A DNA stretch of 64,000 bases, from assembly GCA_023213395.1 (NCBI GenBank), contig CM041465.1:251603741-251667740 (forward strand), given 5' to 3'. This DNA comes from Cycas panzhihuaensis (taxonomy: Eukaryota > Plantae > Cycadophyta). The notes beneath the pieces were generated by a model that ran no database searches, was not told the DNA's origin, and worked only from the letters and a program-made list of their open reading frames with translations. Position numbers and translations under genes: made by a program. How positions within the stretch are numbered: position 1 is the stretch's first letter; each line of letters begins with the position of its first letter. This document shows, in pieces, positions 51,601-64,000 of the stretch.

Positions 51601-54600
51601 TTAAAGAACATAGACTAATACATGAAACATATAGACTATGGGGGTTCTAAAATAATCTTTATAGTGCCCAAAATGATGGTAGGCATTGCATCCCAATGGG
51701 CATAAGATGATAACCACTTTGTCTTGATTCATCTCTTATCTTGATTCACCTCTTACAATAAATGTTTTGAGCTAGAATATTCCATGTGAAGAATATTCTA
51801 CTAATATAAATGAACTTAAGTGAACATTAAATGAGAACGCATATTAATTATAATATCCTTCTATAATGTTAAGTTCTTTTTCTCTCAAGAACATTAATGT
51901 TCTAAGTCTCAAACTTCTCATGACTTAAAGCCTTAGTAAGAATATCAACAATTTGAACTTGTAGGATAATGGATCAATGTAACTATGACATATTCCACTT
52001 TCCCTTGAAGAAAATGATGTTGAATTTTTATATGCTTTGTTGCTACATAGAAAATAAAAAATTTCAATAGTTGTATAACACCTTGATTACCGCAAAACAA
52101 TGGAGTAGACTCAACCTGATTAAGTCTAAAGTGGTTAAGAAGTCCTTTAAGCCAAATAGCTTCACAGGTTGCTATAACTATTATTTTGTATTCTACCTCA
52201 ATGTGAAACAAAAAAACTGTAGACTATCTTTTACTGCATCAAGAGATTAAATTAGAACTAAGTGTAAATGCATATCTTGATATTGATTTTCTCTCATCAT
52301 CATTTATTGCATAATTCAAGTTGGTAAAACTTTATGATCTAAATTTGGAAGATTTTTAAAATAAGAGTCTAAATCGAATTGTTCTTTGAACATACTTCAG
52401 AATGCGCTTGGATGCCTTTCAATGTGTGGTAAATATAGCACTCATGTATTGTGATATAACACCAACAACATAATCAAAATTAGGCCTAGTGTTAGTTAAG
52501 TAAATGGGGCTAGCCACTAGTTATATATACAAAATTCTATCCATAAATTTAGCATTGAATTCTTTAAGGCCAACTTCCATGGGTCTAGCAGATGGCTTAT
52601 AGTTCTCCATATAAAAGTGGTTCAAAAGACCATGTGCATATTTCGATTATGATACAAATATGTTATCACCTCTCTATCATATTTCCATTCCAAGATAGAA
52701 ATAGAGAAGACCGAGATTTGTTATCTCAAAAGCTTTAGACAATTCCTTTTTAAAAGCATTAATCTTTATAATGTCACCACCAATAATAATGAGGTCATCA
52801 TCGTATAATGTAATAATTAGAATTTTATCATCCTCATGTAATGTTTACAAGTTGTGATCTAATTCATATCTAGTGAATCTCAAAGAGATGAAATACTCAT
52901 CAACGTAAGAATACCATGCTCTCAGTGCTTGTTTCAACCCATAAAGAGCTTTCTTCACTCTATAAACAAGCTACTTATGTTCCATTTTTTCAAAGCCTTT
53001 AGGCTAATTCATATAGACCTCTTCAACAGGATTACCATTCAAAAAAATGTTCTTCATGTCCATCTAATAAAGTTTTTAATTAAATTGAGTTGTGAGAGAT
53101 GTTAGCATCAGAATAGTAGTCATCTTTGCTACTAATGCAAAAGCCTCTTAAAAGTCAATTCCAATTATTTTAGTATAAACTTTTGTAACAAGTCAAGCTT
53201 TGTATCTTTCTAAAGCACCATTAGAACAATACTTAATTTGATATATTTATCTACAACCAATTACTTTTTTTTTTTAGGTAGCTCAACAAAATTGTAAATG
53301 TCATTCTTAATGATAGAGTCATATTCTTCTTTTGTAGTAATTTATTATTCAATCGAATCCTTGGCTTTTTGAAATGACTATGGTTCATCAATACTTAAAA
53401 TGTTTGACATCAGGGAAAAGTTGGTTTTACTTCTAGTTTGGATTCTAGAATCACAATTTACATCTCTAAAACCACTATTGGTTTGCAGATACCATTTAGG
53501 TAATTTCTTTTATGAAGAGGGAGGGGTAGTAGAAGTATTAGGAACATAAGAAGCAGAAGGAGCAACAGAAGTACAAGCTTTACTATGATCTATATTTCTA
53601 TTAGTATCGCCTTCTTCACTAATATATTTTTTCTTCCCCCCCCCCCCCCCCCACCTTTTTTTTTTCACTTACAATGGGCACAATTATTTGATCATCTTCA
53701 TCAATTTCTATAAATAATACATCACTACTAAGAATAATTTTCTTCTAAGTGAGACTTCAAAGCCTATATATGTTTTATGTTAGGCTATACCCAACAATAA
53801 TATATATTTTACTCCTGTTATCAAATTTGTGTCTCTTTTCATTAGGCACATGTGCAGAAGTTATACATCCAAAAATGTAAAGATAAGTAGTGAAGGTTTT
53901 AGACTAGTCTAGGCTTTTTTAGGAGTTAGATTTTGAATTGCCTTGGTAGGAATTATGTTCAACAAATACATAGTTGTATGAACAACTTCTCCCTAAAGAC
54001 TTTTAGGGATATCTTTTGCCTTCATCATACATTGTGCCATTTCTAGAATGGTAGGATTTTTTCACTCTACTATACCATTCTATTATAGAGTATATGTTGT
54101 TATAAACTAACATTTGATATCATGGCTTTTGTAAAAATTAATGAACTTAATAAACAAATATTTGCCCCTACTATCACTTTTAAAAGTCTTGATTTTTTTG
54201 TTAAAATGGTTTTTAACTTTAGCCGTGAATTCTTTGAACTTTACAAAAGCTTCTAATTTGTGTTTTAGAAGATATACCCAACATATTTTAGTAAAATCAT
54301 CAATAAAAGTGATGAGATATTATCCTCTTCTTAATGAAGGTGGTGAAATGTGGTCACGTAAGTTAAAGTAAACCAACTCTAACTTGTCTTTAGCTCACCA
54401 TGTGGCCCTTTGAAAAGGTTCCCAATGTTGCTTTCCAAGTATACATACTTCATAAACTTTGTCAATCGTCTTAATTCATGGAAAATCTTTCACCATTGTT
54501 TATCTATGCCAAAGTTAAAGATTGGAGTAATTCATATGACCATATCAGTCATGCCATGAAGTGTCAACAGAGTTATATGCCATAAATGCTTGCTCATATG

Positions 54601-57600
54601 TGCTAGAAAATTTAAAACTCCATTCTCTTTAACACCTCAAGCAATTATAATATCATTTTTTTTAATCAGACACTTTGATTCATTGAACTTTATAGTAAGT
54701 TTCTGTATAGTAATGCTACTGATAAAAAGCAAATTGTGCTTAAAAGAGGGTATAAGTAAAGAATTTAAAATTTTAAAAGTTCCATGTTGAGGTTGATGAA
54801 GACATACAGTCCCACATCCAACAACCTAATACTAACAACTATCACTAAGTATAATAGGAGGAAGTTGACAATCATGTAAGTATTCAATCTAATCTCTACA
54901 GTAAGTGATATATTTTAATGTATTAGAATCTATACACAACTCACAGATTTCTAAATTTGTAAAATGAAAAACAACCACTTTGTCTTTATCATTAATGAAC
55001 AAAGTAGGTGTATTTTTCATTTTGTTTGATTTCTTCTTACAGTGTTACTTCTCCAAATATCCTTTCTTGTTACAATAGTTGCATATAACATCATATTTTG
55101 GTTTTTGTGCATTATTGTTGTTACTTTGTGACTATTGCTTTAGAGGATTATTATGTTGCTTTAGAAGATTAATTCTCTTTTTTAATATAGAGGAAAATAC
55201 CATAATATTATTTCTCTCACCACCATAACAACCAATTCATTGCTCTTCATATAGCAATAAGCCTCTCAACTCATAAAAAATAAGAGGTTGGGGTTAGCTA
55301 GTGAGATATAAGCTAGTTACAAATATGTAACAGGATTCATGAAGGTTATTTAAATTAATGTTAACTAGCCCTTTATTTGTAATATTTTCACCTATAACAA
55401 CTAATTTTTCTCTTATCTCTTTTAATTTTTATAGGTGAGAAGAGGTAGAGCAAATAACAAACATTTTACAATAGTATAGAAGATTACGAAGATAAAAAGA
55501 CCTTTGTCCTATTCTTCATCTCATATAACTCCTTAAGAGTCTTTCATGCTTTAACTATAGAATTTTTGCCTTGAAGATGAGTGATTAACTCATCTGATAC
55601 TGACAAATTAATGATTGCCAATGCTCTAAGATTTCTGTCTTCCCAAGCTTCTAGTTTGAGGTCATCAATTAATTTAATTTATAGCTTAATGCCGTTTCTT
55701 TCAAGAATATCTGTTAGCCTATGTAAGACTAAGATGTTGAAACTTTTACATTTTCAAATTACATAAAAATTTTCATTTAATTTATGTGATTTTGGCAAAA
55801 TATAATCAGCAATATTCACAGAAGACATCATGAAAAATATTTAAAAAGAAAGAAAAACTTAAAAAATAGTAATTAAATGGCCATAAGTATAAGTAAAAAA
55901 TATTACTTAGTGACTGCAAGGTTTTTTACAAACTATAGACAAAGATCAAGCTTTAAGAAAGCAAAAAGTTATAGTGAAAAGCCTTTTTTTAAAGTCAAAA
56001 TGAATAAATAAAGGTTAAAATACTTTTAAATCGCTTGGCTTTAGTTTAAAAGGTAAATTGAAATAAGAAATTATTTGAAATATTTTTATTTATATAACAT
56101 AAAGTTATAAAACATTACAACATTTATATTTTCTTAAAACTTCAACCTGCACAGGTCAAGCAAGAACTTTTTTGACCTTTAATCGAAGATATCTCACTGT
56201 TTAGGTATTAGAATTTGATAAAACTTTGTAGGCAAACTCTTCTCAACACAAGAAACATAATGAGTACCCTATTGCTAGGGTTTTGCGTCACATTTTATTT
56301 GTAATTTAACGTACAATATCAATTTGGATGCATGGCTGACCGATTTACATGATGGTCTTCATACAATAAAAAATAATGCAAACAAACAACTACAAATGCA
56401 ATATGAAAATATCAACAGGAGAAATTTACACTAAAAAATGAGAGATTTATCAAAAAATATACACCCATGATAATCAAATCACGCGCAAATGAATCATGTA
56501 AGCTATGCCATGCCTAAGTAAGCCATGTATACCAGATAAAAAGTAGAACATACCCAAAAGAAGAGTGGAATATACCTAGAGTAAGTCAGATGCATTAAGT
56601 AATCTAATTTCCAGAGATTTTCTTAGAAATTTGCAAATATGAGATGGACAAAGGCTAACAAGAAACTTTAATACCATGTAGGAGAATTGGAGTTAAGAGT
56701 AAAACTCACAATATTAATCATATACATGTGCAACAAGAAATGCAAAAATACAAGTGAGGCACAACTCCTCCAAATCCCATTGAGTTCTCTTTAAAGAAAA
56801 TAAGTTAATACATGAATTATATAGACTATAGGGGTTTTAAGATAAGCTTGATAGTGCCTAAATTTATGATAGGCATAACCTGAATAAATGCCTAAAATTA
56901 TGGTAGGTATTGTACCCTAATGGGCATAAGATATCAACCCAGATTGTCTTGATTCACCTCTTGTCTTTATTCACTTGTCACAATAAATGTTTTGAGCTAG
57001 AACATTCTATATGAAGAATATTCTACTAACATTAAATGAACATTAAATGAGAACATACATTAATTCTAATAAAAATAAGATATAGATGTGAGATTTCGAT
57101 GTGGCAAATCTATCATCTAGAACAAATACAGGAAGATTATTGCTAAAATGATAAAATAGATGACTTGTACATCTTGAGCGGCAATTTTGAAAACCAAAAA
57201 GCCTTCAATATTTTTGCAATATTAAAAATAAACTCTAGCATAAGAGGATGAACCATTTGAATTATCTTATTCTTTAACTTTTGTATAAACTTAATATGGT
57301 ACATGACATTCTTAAAATCAATGTTAAATAATGCTTGTATGAAGCATGTGTTATGGCTTAAACAACATTGAGAACTGTTTTCAATAGGTGAATCTTGGAG
57401 AGAAAAATAAATCTTAGAGTGGGTTCACTCTAACATCTGCAAGCCAATGCTAGTTGTGCCAATTAGGAGATCCAAATATTTTCTAACTTTCATTGATGAC
57501 TTCTCTAGGAAATTTAAGGTTTACCCCATCAAGGATAAGTTACAAACCTTCTAATTCTTCAAGTAATTCAAGGAGCACATCAAGAATAAAATAGGTCAAA

Positions 57601-58890
57601 AGTTAAAGATCTTGAGATCGAACAACATAGGCAAGAACACATTAAAGGAATTCAATGAATATTATAAAGACCAGAACATCTTGAGATAGTTGACTGTAAC
57701 CTACACACCTAAATATAATGGCATCACTAAATGTATGAATAGGACTTCAATTAAAAAAACTAATTCCATGGTGAAAAGTAAAGATTGGATTTAACATCTT
57801 TGGGCTAAAATGGCGAGTATCATTACTTACCTAAACAATTAGAGTCTAACTAAGGCAATTTGGAATAAAACACAAGAGGAGGTTTGGTTTAGCAACAAGT
57901 CTACAGTCAGCCGTTTGAAAGTGTTTGGGAGTGTTGTCTACATGCATACCCTTAAGCAAAAGTGAAAAATGTTTGATGATAAAAGTTCTAAGTGTATCCT
58001 CATTAGATACAATGAATAAAGTAAGGCCTATAGGGTTTACAAGTTGAAGACCAAAAAGATTCATGTAACTCATGATGCCATCTTCAATGAAGGTGATAGG
58101 CAAGATGACATAGCTTCATTAGACTTTTGATACTTGACTGATCAATAATCTTCGCATGTTAGTGAGCAGCATGAATGTTGCTCATCAAGGCATATGGTCA
58201 TCATCGACCTTGAACCAATTAGTGAGATCATAAAATCTAATGATTCAATGTATGAAATGTTCCAGATTTGGGGACCATAATTAGGAGACACTAAAGAAGT
58301 TCAGTCTAGTATACTACAAACTACAAATGATTTAGAGGATCATTATGAAAGACCATAGATTAGATATTCGTCTTCTCCTTCAAAGAAAAAGTTACCTGAG
58401 TGGTACTTGAGAACCATTAGTCATATCAAGTTGCCTAAAATTCAAGGCAAAAGAAAATCTAAGCATCAATCCAATGACCGACTCAACTTTGCATTAATGG
58501 CTTAAGTTCTTAATGTAAACAAGCCTTACACTTTTAAGAAGGCAATAAGAGAACAAAAGTAGAAAGATACAATGTATTTTAAAATCTAATTAGTAAGGAA
58601 ATATAAGACTTAGCACTTAGTAGACTTACCACCTTAGAAGCATGCAAGTGGATGCAAATGGGTCTATAGGACCAAGTTCAAATCAGATAGCTCTATAAAT
58701 AGACTTAAGGCTAGCCTTGTTGCCAAAGGCTTCAAGCAAAAAGAAATCATTGCTTGTTAGGAGACATTCACGCTAGTGGCAAATATGAATACTATCAGAA
58801 TCATTCAGGTGATAACTACACAATTCAACTAGCAGATATGCCATATGGACATCAAGAGCACTTTCCTTAATGGGGACTTGACCGAAGAAC
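48652..58890 (+). mobile_element. 3'-truncated, decayed Ty1/Copia interrupted by another Copia
   Basis: 5' LTR 48652-48869 (TGTTAGAT...ATCTAACA), PBS TGGTATCAAAGC at 48870, protease *IIDSRATKHM (~51251). Resumes at 57072 with integrase (FIDDFSRK, LRSNNIG) and RT (LKASLVAKGF, HMDIKSTFLNGDL), ending ~58890. Confidence 0.85.
51486..57071 (-). mobile_element. Full-length, old Ty1/Copia (antisense, nested)
   Basis: LTRs 51486-51855 and 56677-57071, degenerate PBS ACTTTAATACCA 56665-56676, degenerate TSD GAAAC/AAAAT. RNaseH ATCEAIWL...TKHIKIQHHF (51945-52211), [13 protein letters not shown] (~52915-52950), integrase FKSDRGKY (~54160-54185). Confidence 0.87.
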
Positions 58891-61275
58891 ATTGGCACAT
58901 TGGCATCTATCTCAGGCTTTGATTGGCATGTTGTTCCATGATCTTCAATCATCTTACAGGTCTTCAACCATCAATGGAACATGGGGTTTCAATCCATATC
59001 TACTCAACTAATAACTCCTCATCATTAATCTTTCACTCGGTCTTACTTCCATCTCAAACACAATGTTAGGCAAACAAACCTCTACATCTGTTGAACAATG
59101 ACTCAGAAAAGTGAAACAATGAAGGATAAAACTTGTAACCAAATGACACTCAGCATGATACATCAACAACTCTTCAACTTAACATCTAGACTGATCACAA
59201 TGCATTCCCCTGTAGATCACACTGTTTGTAAGTTGAACAACCCATAGGCTTCAAATTCTTACAATCTTACTACTACAATCTTCATCTAAGATGTATGCAC
59301 TCTAATGCACCAAAAGAAATAAATGGAAGGCTTCTGACTTAGTCTAAACATACAACATAAGGGGAATATATACCATAAACAATCACAACAATGGCATCCA
59401 ATATCTGTCTGCTACAACTTTTGCCACAAAATATGGGAGGTAAACCATAATATGCACTAACCTTACCATCTGCATCATGATACTCACCTACAATGCAACC
59501 TTACAAGATAACTGTACATACCATGATAAGGGATCATTGATTTTAAGGCATCTCATCTTAGACCTTTTCATTCACACTTTAAATTTCATTAAACACTCTA
59601 TCTCGGTTCCACACCAGACTTGTTCAGATATGCACCCATGTTGAACTAGCATCAAACATGCCACAAACCTTTATGCTATCATCAGTCCAACTAGCAAAAT
59701 ATAACGGTCCATCATCAAATAACAACTACTCATACAAGCAAATTCTAAACTTTAGATTTCGATTATAATCTGAATAAATACACTCATTTCATTAAATAAA
59801 TCACATATATATGAACATATGAAATGATATATGCCACACATAAACAACAGTAATAGAGTTTACAACACATGCAACCAAGGTATCTGAGGTAAACTCACCC
59901 TTCTTTGCCTATCTCTCTACCATCAATCCTTTTTTATATAACATTCATACAAAGAGATAACCATCACCTCATCTTGCCCTCAAACTTGCCTAATATATAC
60001 CCAATCTTGCCATGTAATCTCGCATGCAATAGGCATCTCTTCTTATCCTTCTTTGCCCATAAGCTCTTTTATGTAAACAATATATAAAGAGTATCAAACA
60101 ATCGCTTGATATCGCCCATAACACCCATCTTACTCTCCCATATATAACACACGCGAGAGTTAACCTGTAGTTAACACCACCTAACAAACACGCCTCATGT
60201 TGCCTACTCTCGTCCACAACTAAAGCATACTTAATGCACTCTCTTCACCTCCTTAAAACACCACTAAATTGCCAACATGCATACATCATTGCTCTCAATG
60301 AAAAATGCATCATATACTGTTATGATCCTCCACCATATGAGGTTACTCATATTGCATTTATCCTACATACATAAGTTTAAAAGATGGGCAACCTTAATAG
60401 CCCCATATATATGTATGTAATGTATAAGGAGATCATCATGATGTATTTTGTAATCTTATGTTAATAAATGTTCTTTGGAACTTCATCTTCTTCATTATCT
60501 TTTATCTATCATGTTCTATTTCTATTTTTCCATGTTGAATGGTAACAGGAATAGGTTTGTTACAATTGGTATCAGAGCAATGATCTTGGAGGTGTCATCA
60601 AGGATTTGAAAGCATCTTTGAGAGAATAAACGTTGAAAATTCTAAAAAGTAAAGGCGAATTTGAAACGAAATTGATCGTTCTGTAAATTTTGAGTGGTTG
60701 CATTATAGATTTTTTTGTGGAAGTGCAAAAATTGTAGCAAAATTAATTTCGGCCTACTTTTTTTTCTATCACTGTAATTCTAGGATATATCTACAACCTC
60801 AACTTCAAAGAGTTATAAATTTTTCTACAAGTATCAAAATGACCTCAATTTTTTTTTTTGTTCTGTGTATTTTTTAATTTACTTTCCAATGGAAATGGTT
60901 TGAGGCTCATTTGAGTTCAGAGTAAAAAGTTATTAGCATTTTAGCAACAAGTACTATTTCAGTCTATAAAAGTCCTAATAGTGAAATTCTTAAAAGGGGC
61001 ATAACTTTGGATCTAGATATTAGAATTCAATTTCATTTGTACCGTTGGAATTGTATTTCAGAGGCTGCCATCCTACTCCATATTTTATATATTTTTGAGA
61101 TATATTTTTTTCAGAAATAAATTTTTTTAAATTAAGGGTTTCATATTATATTTTCTTAGCCATTAAGACTGTGGTCTCAAAACCATTACTCGTGAGGCCT
61201 AATATATATTTTTGTATCAAACTTAGGGGATAACATGCTATAAACACCCTTAATCTCTCCTATATCCATATTATT

Positions 61276-62163
61276 ATGGCTACAAAAAGGTCCATACCGC
61301 ACATATTTAATGCGGATGGGACTCTTTCTGTAAAGGATTGGGTTAAAGATATGTATGTATATTTAAAATCACTTGATGATAACTACATGTACAATGAGGA
61401 GATGACTAAAGTAGCTTTATTATATATACAAGGAGAGGTTTATCTTTGGTTTAAAAATTGGTATAACCTAGTTGGTTTCTTTACTACATTTTATTAGCTT
61501 GAACTAGTTATCCGTAAGAAATATAATGATTCATGGTGGAAAGAGATGCAAAGTCTTGAACAAAACAAACAAGAAGCATGACAAATACCTGAGAAGTATA
61601 ATCGCAGTATGGGACAAGAAATTCTCCTGACTCCACAAAGTCAAGAATAAAAGAAAGATTATGAGGAATTTCAAGAGTAGGTAACAGAAGTTGTTTGCCA
61701 TCCCACACCACCAGCTGCACCCAAGGACAAGGAAGAAAAGACATCACCAATAATGGAAAGACAAACTAAAGAGCAAGTAACAAAAGTTATTTGCCACCCC
61801 ACACCATCAATGGCACCTAAGGATAAAGAACAAAAGCCATGACAAATAGTTGAAAGGCAAACTAAAGTGGAACCATATCAACATCCATATTATCAAGAGG
61901 CCCATCGTAACAAAACTTATCAAGAAAGGCATTCATCTACTACAAACACCAGGTAAGAGCAACATTCGAGATTATGGTTTTAACATTATAGATATCCAAA
62001 GTATATTAGAGGATATTTAGGGTGTATCAAGATCAATTTGGGATGGATAGATCCATATTCCATGCATAACTTTTCTGCCAACATTCGTAAGAGTTATCGA
62101 TTGAAGAATAATAATAAAAAATGGTCATTAAATCAGCATGCTTTGAGGGCGAAGCATTTTTAG
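61276..62163 (+). pseudogene. Gag-like ORF with stops, running to the PPT
   Basis: IFNADGTLSVKDWVKDMYVYL...KVALLYIQGEVYLWF resembles the Gypsy gag N-terminal region (compare ORF 2899-3087). The frame continues through several stops to ...ALRAKHF*. Confidence 0.7.
61675..61866 (+). repeat. 96-bp (32-codon) in-frame tandem repeat x2
   Basis: E*VTEVVCHPTPPAAPKDKEEKTSPIMERQTK / EQVTKVICHPTPSMAPKDKEQKP*QIVERQTK. Confidence 0.88.
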
Positions 62164-62701
62164 GGGGGAGGGCATGTTATGATCCTCCACCATATGAGGT
62201 TACTCATATTGCATTTATACCACATGCATAAGTTTAAGAGATGGGCAACCTTAATAACCCCATATATATGTATGTAATGTATAAGTAGATCATCATGATG
62301 TGTTTTGTAATCTTATGTTAATGAATGTTCTTTGGAACTTCATCTTCTTCTTTATCTTTTATCTATTATTTTCTATTTCTATTTCTCTATGTTGAATGGT
62401 AACATGAATAGGTTCATTACAATTGGTATCAGAGCATTTTTAAGGGGGAGGGCATGTTATGATCCTCCACCATATGAGGTTACTCATATTGCATTTATCC
62501 CACATGCATAAGTCTTAGAGATGGGCAACCTTAATAGCCCCATATATATGTATGTAATATATAAGGAGATCATCATGTTGTATTTTGTAATCTTATGTTA
62601 ATGAATGTTCTTTGGAACTTCATCTTCTTCTTTATCTTTTATCTATCATTTTCTATTTCTATTTCTCTATGTTGAATGGTAACAGGAATAGGTTCGTTAC
62701 A

Positions 62702-63638
62702 TACATCTTAAACATCACTTCACACCATATTACCATTGAAAACAAAGTCATACCTTAATTACAAGGTGATTGATTTTAATCATATGACTTGATATATAAA
62801 AAATGATATTACGTGATATATAAAAATATACTTTGAAAATATATCAAAGTCAAGTTATATAAACATCAAAATGACTTGATATAAATCAAACCATATATCA
62901 ATAGGCATCTTTATGATTATCATAAATGGGTAAATGCAAATATTAAATCAAATGATCATATCAAGGGTTTGATTATATACAACTCAAATATGCCATATAT
63001 AATTGATTTAATATATCAATGGGCCAATTTAAATTGGCATTAAGTGACTTTATATATCAAAAATATCAACGTGATGGTGATATAAATTGCAGGCAACAGA
63101 AATAAAATACAAAGGCAATATGTATTTACAACTGCAAAAAAAAGAAAGGCGACAACTGCAAAATATTAATCATGGAGAGCATAGATGTATTAGTGATGTA
63201 ATCATCCATGCAGACAAGATGAAATTATATATAAAGGGGGTGGTTGTAATCTGTAAATATATATGATCAAATGCCAAAAATATATACAGGTGTCATCATA
63301 TATATGGCTGAAATATACATGGATGAATGGCGAGCAGATGATACATAATGAAGGCATATAAATAATTATCATGCAGTGATTGTAATATCATGTAGATATT
63401 TAGATCAGGCAATATATATATTAACACGCAGGGTGTATGTATATGTTATAAACAGGTAATGGCATATTTATAAAACATCGACAACTCACAATATATTTCA
63501 CTCTAGCATGATAAAATATTATCACTAAACAAAAATATATTGATAAAACAATACATTGAGCATACCTTTTAATATATTATTATATTTTTATTTTCATAGC
63601 ATTGCAATTAATCTCACAGAGGTTTTACATTCTCCCAC
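62702..63638 (-). repeat. Possible large LTR (host of the triple-LTR element) with PPT junction
   Basis: Minus strand GTGGGAGAA|TGTAAAACC at 63638-63621. The second LTR is not in the window. Confidence 0.35.
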
Positions 63639-64000
63639 TAATAGCAGAGGGTTGGCAATCGACAGTAAGAGGGTGCATGACTTCTCTCAATATACGGGTA
63701 GCCTCAAACACCTATAAAACTGATCAAAAACACCTCTAGGGCTGTGCAAACTCAAAGGTACCATCAAATAAGGATCCAACACCTTCAACAAGCTCAAACA
63801 ATGCTCACATGGCTGGCAACAGAGTCACAACTCATCCACACATCTCTATATAGCTTAGAATACCTGCAAATAATAACAGAAAGTTGTTGGGATCCTCTAA
63901 TGATCATATGCACCTCCATGGTTGTTCTACAGGGTCATCAGATACGCCAATCCACTCAGGGCAAGCCAACATGACCTGGCATCATCAATTGGACCATCTG

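Larger units (their letters stand above)
60318..62701 (+). mobile_element. Gag-only (TR-GAG-like) non-autonomous element with three 247-bp LTRs
   Basis: LTRs 60318-60564, 62175-62421 and 62455-62701. PBS TGGTATCAGAGC at 60567 and 62424. PPT AGGGGG(G)AGGGCA before LTR2 and LTR3. Degenerate TSD TATAC/TACAT. Confidence 0.9.

Noticed and set aside
49930-53670. Homopolymer runs (T run ~49932-49958; C run followed by T run ~53636-53665)
   Set aside because: Simple slippage tracts within decayed Copia sequence, with no TSD or retrocopy evidence.
60318-62701. CRISPR-like or satellite array interpretation of the repeated 247-bp units
   Set aside because: The units have TG...CA ends with PBS and PPT, so they are LTRs. 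The context is eukaryotic with no cas genes.
526-63974. Most remaining short ORFs in the track (e.g. 526-711, 20024-20257, 54141-54371, 57846-58103)
   Set aside because: Antisense or off-frame shadows of decayed pol genes, or chance ORFs in LTR and AT-rich DNA.

Overview
64 kb of AT-rich, strongly CpG-depleted plant nuclear DNA. It looks like heterochromatin or a giant intron of a large-genome plant, possibly a gymnosperm, but the species cannot be determined from sequence alone. Almost all of it is decayed, nested retroelements: Ty3/Gypsy, Ty1/Copia, non-autonomous LTR elements and LINE relics. No intact host gene, RNA gene or CRISPR array was found. The standout is a non-autonomous LTR element at 26309-37370 (245-bp LTRs, perfect TAGTT target-site duplication, tRNA-Met PBS, PPT). 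It has no recognisable gag/pol. Instead it carries an intronless tandem-BRCT reading frame resembling the N-terminus of the plant DNA-damage protein At4g02110, preceded by a duplicated, CpG-retaining leader. A younger Copia inserted exactly into its PBS. A structurally similar gag-only element with three LTRs, including a 33-bp PBS-PPT mini-unit, lies at 60318-62701. Mismatch and CpG counts were made by eye.
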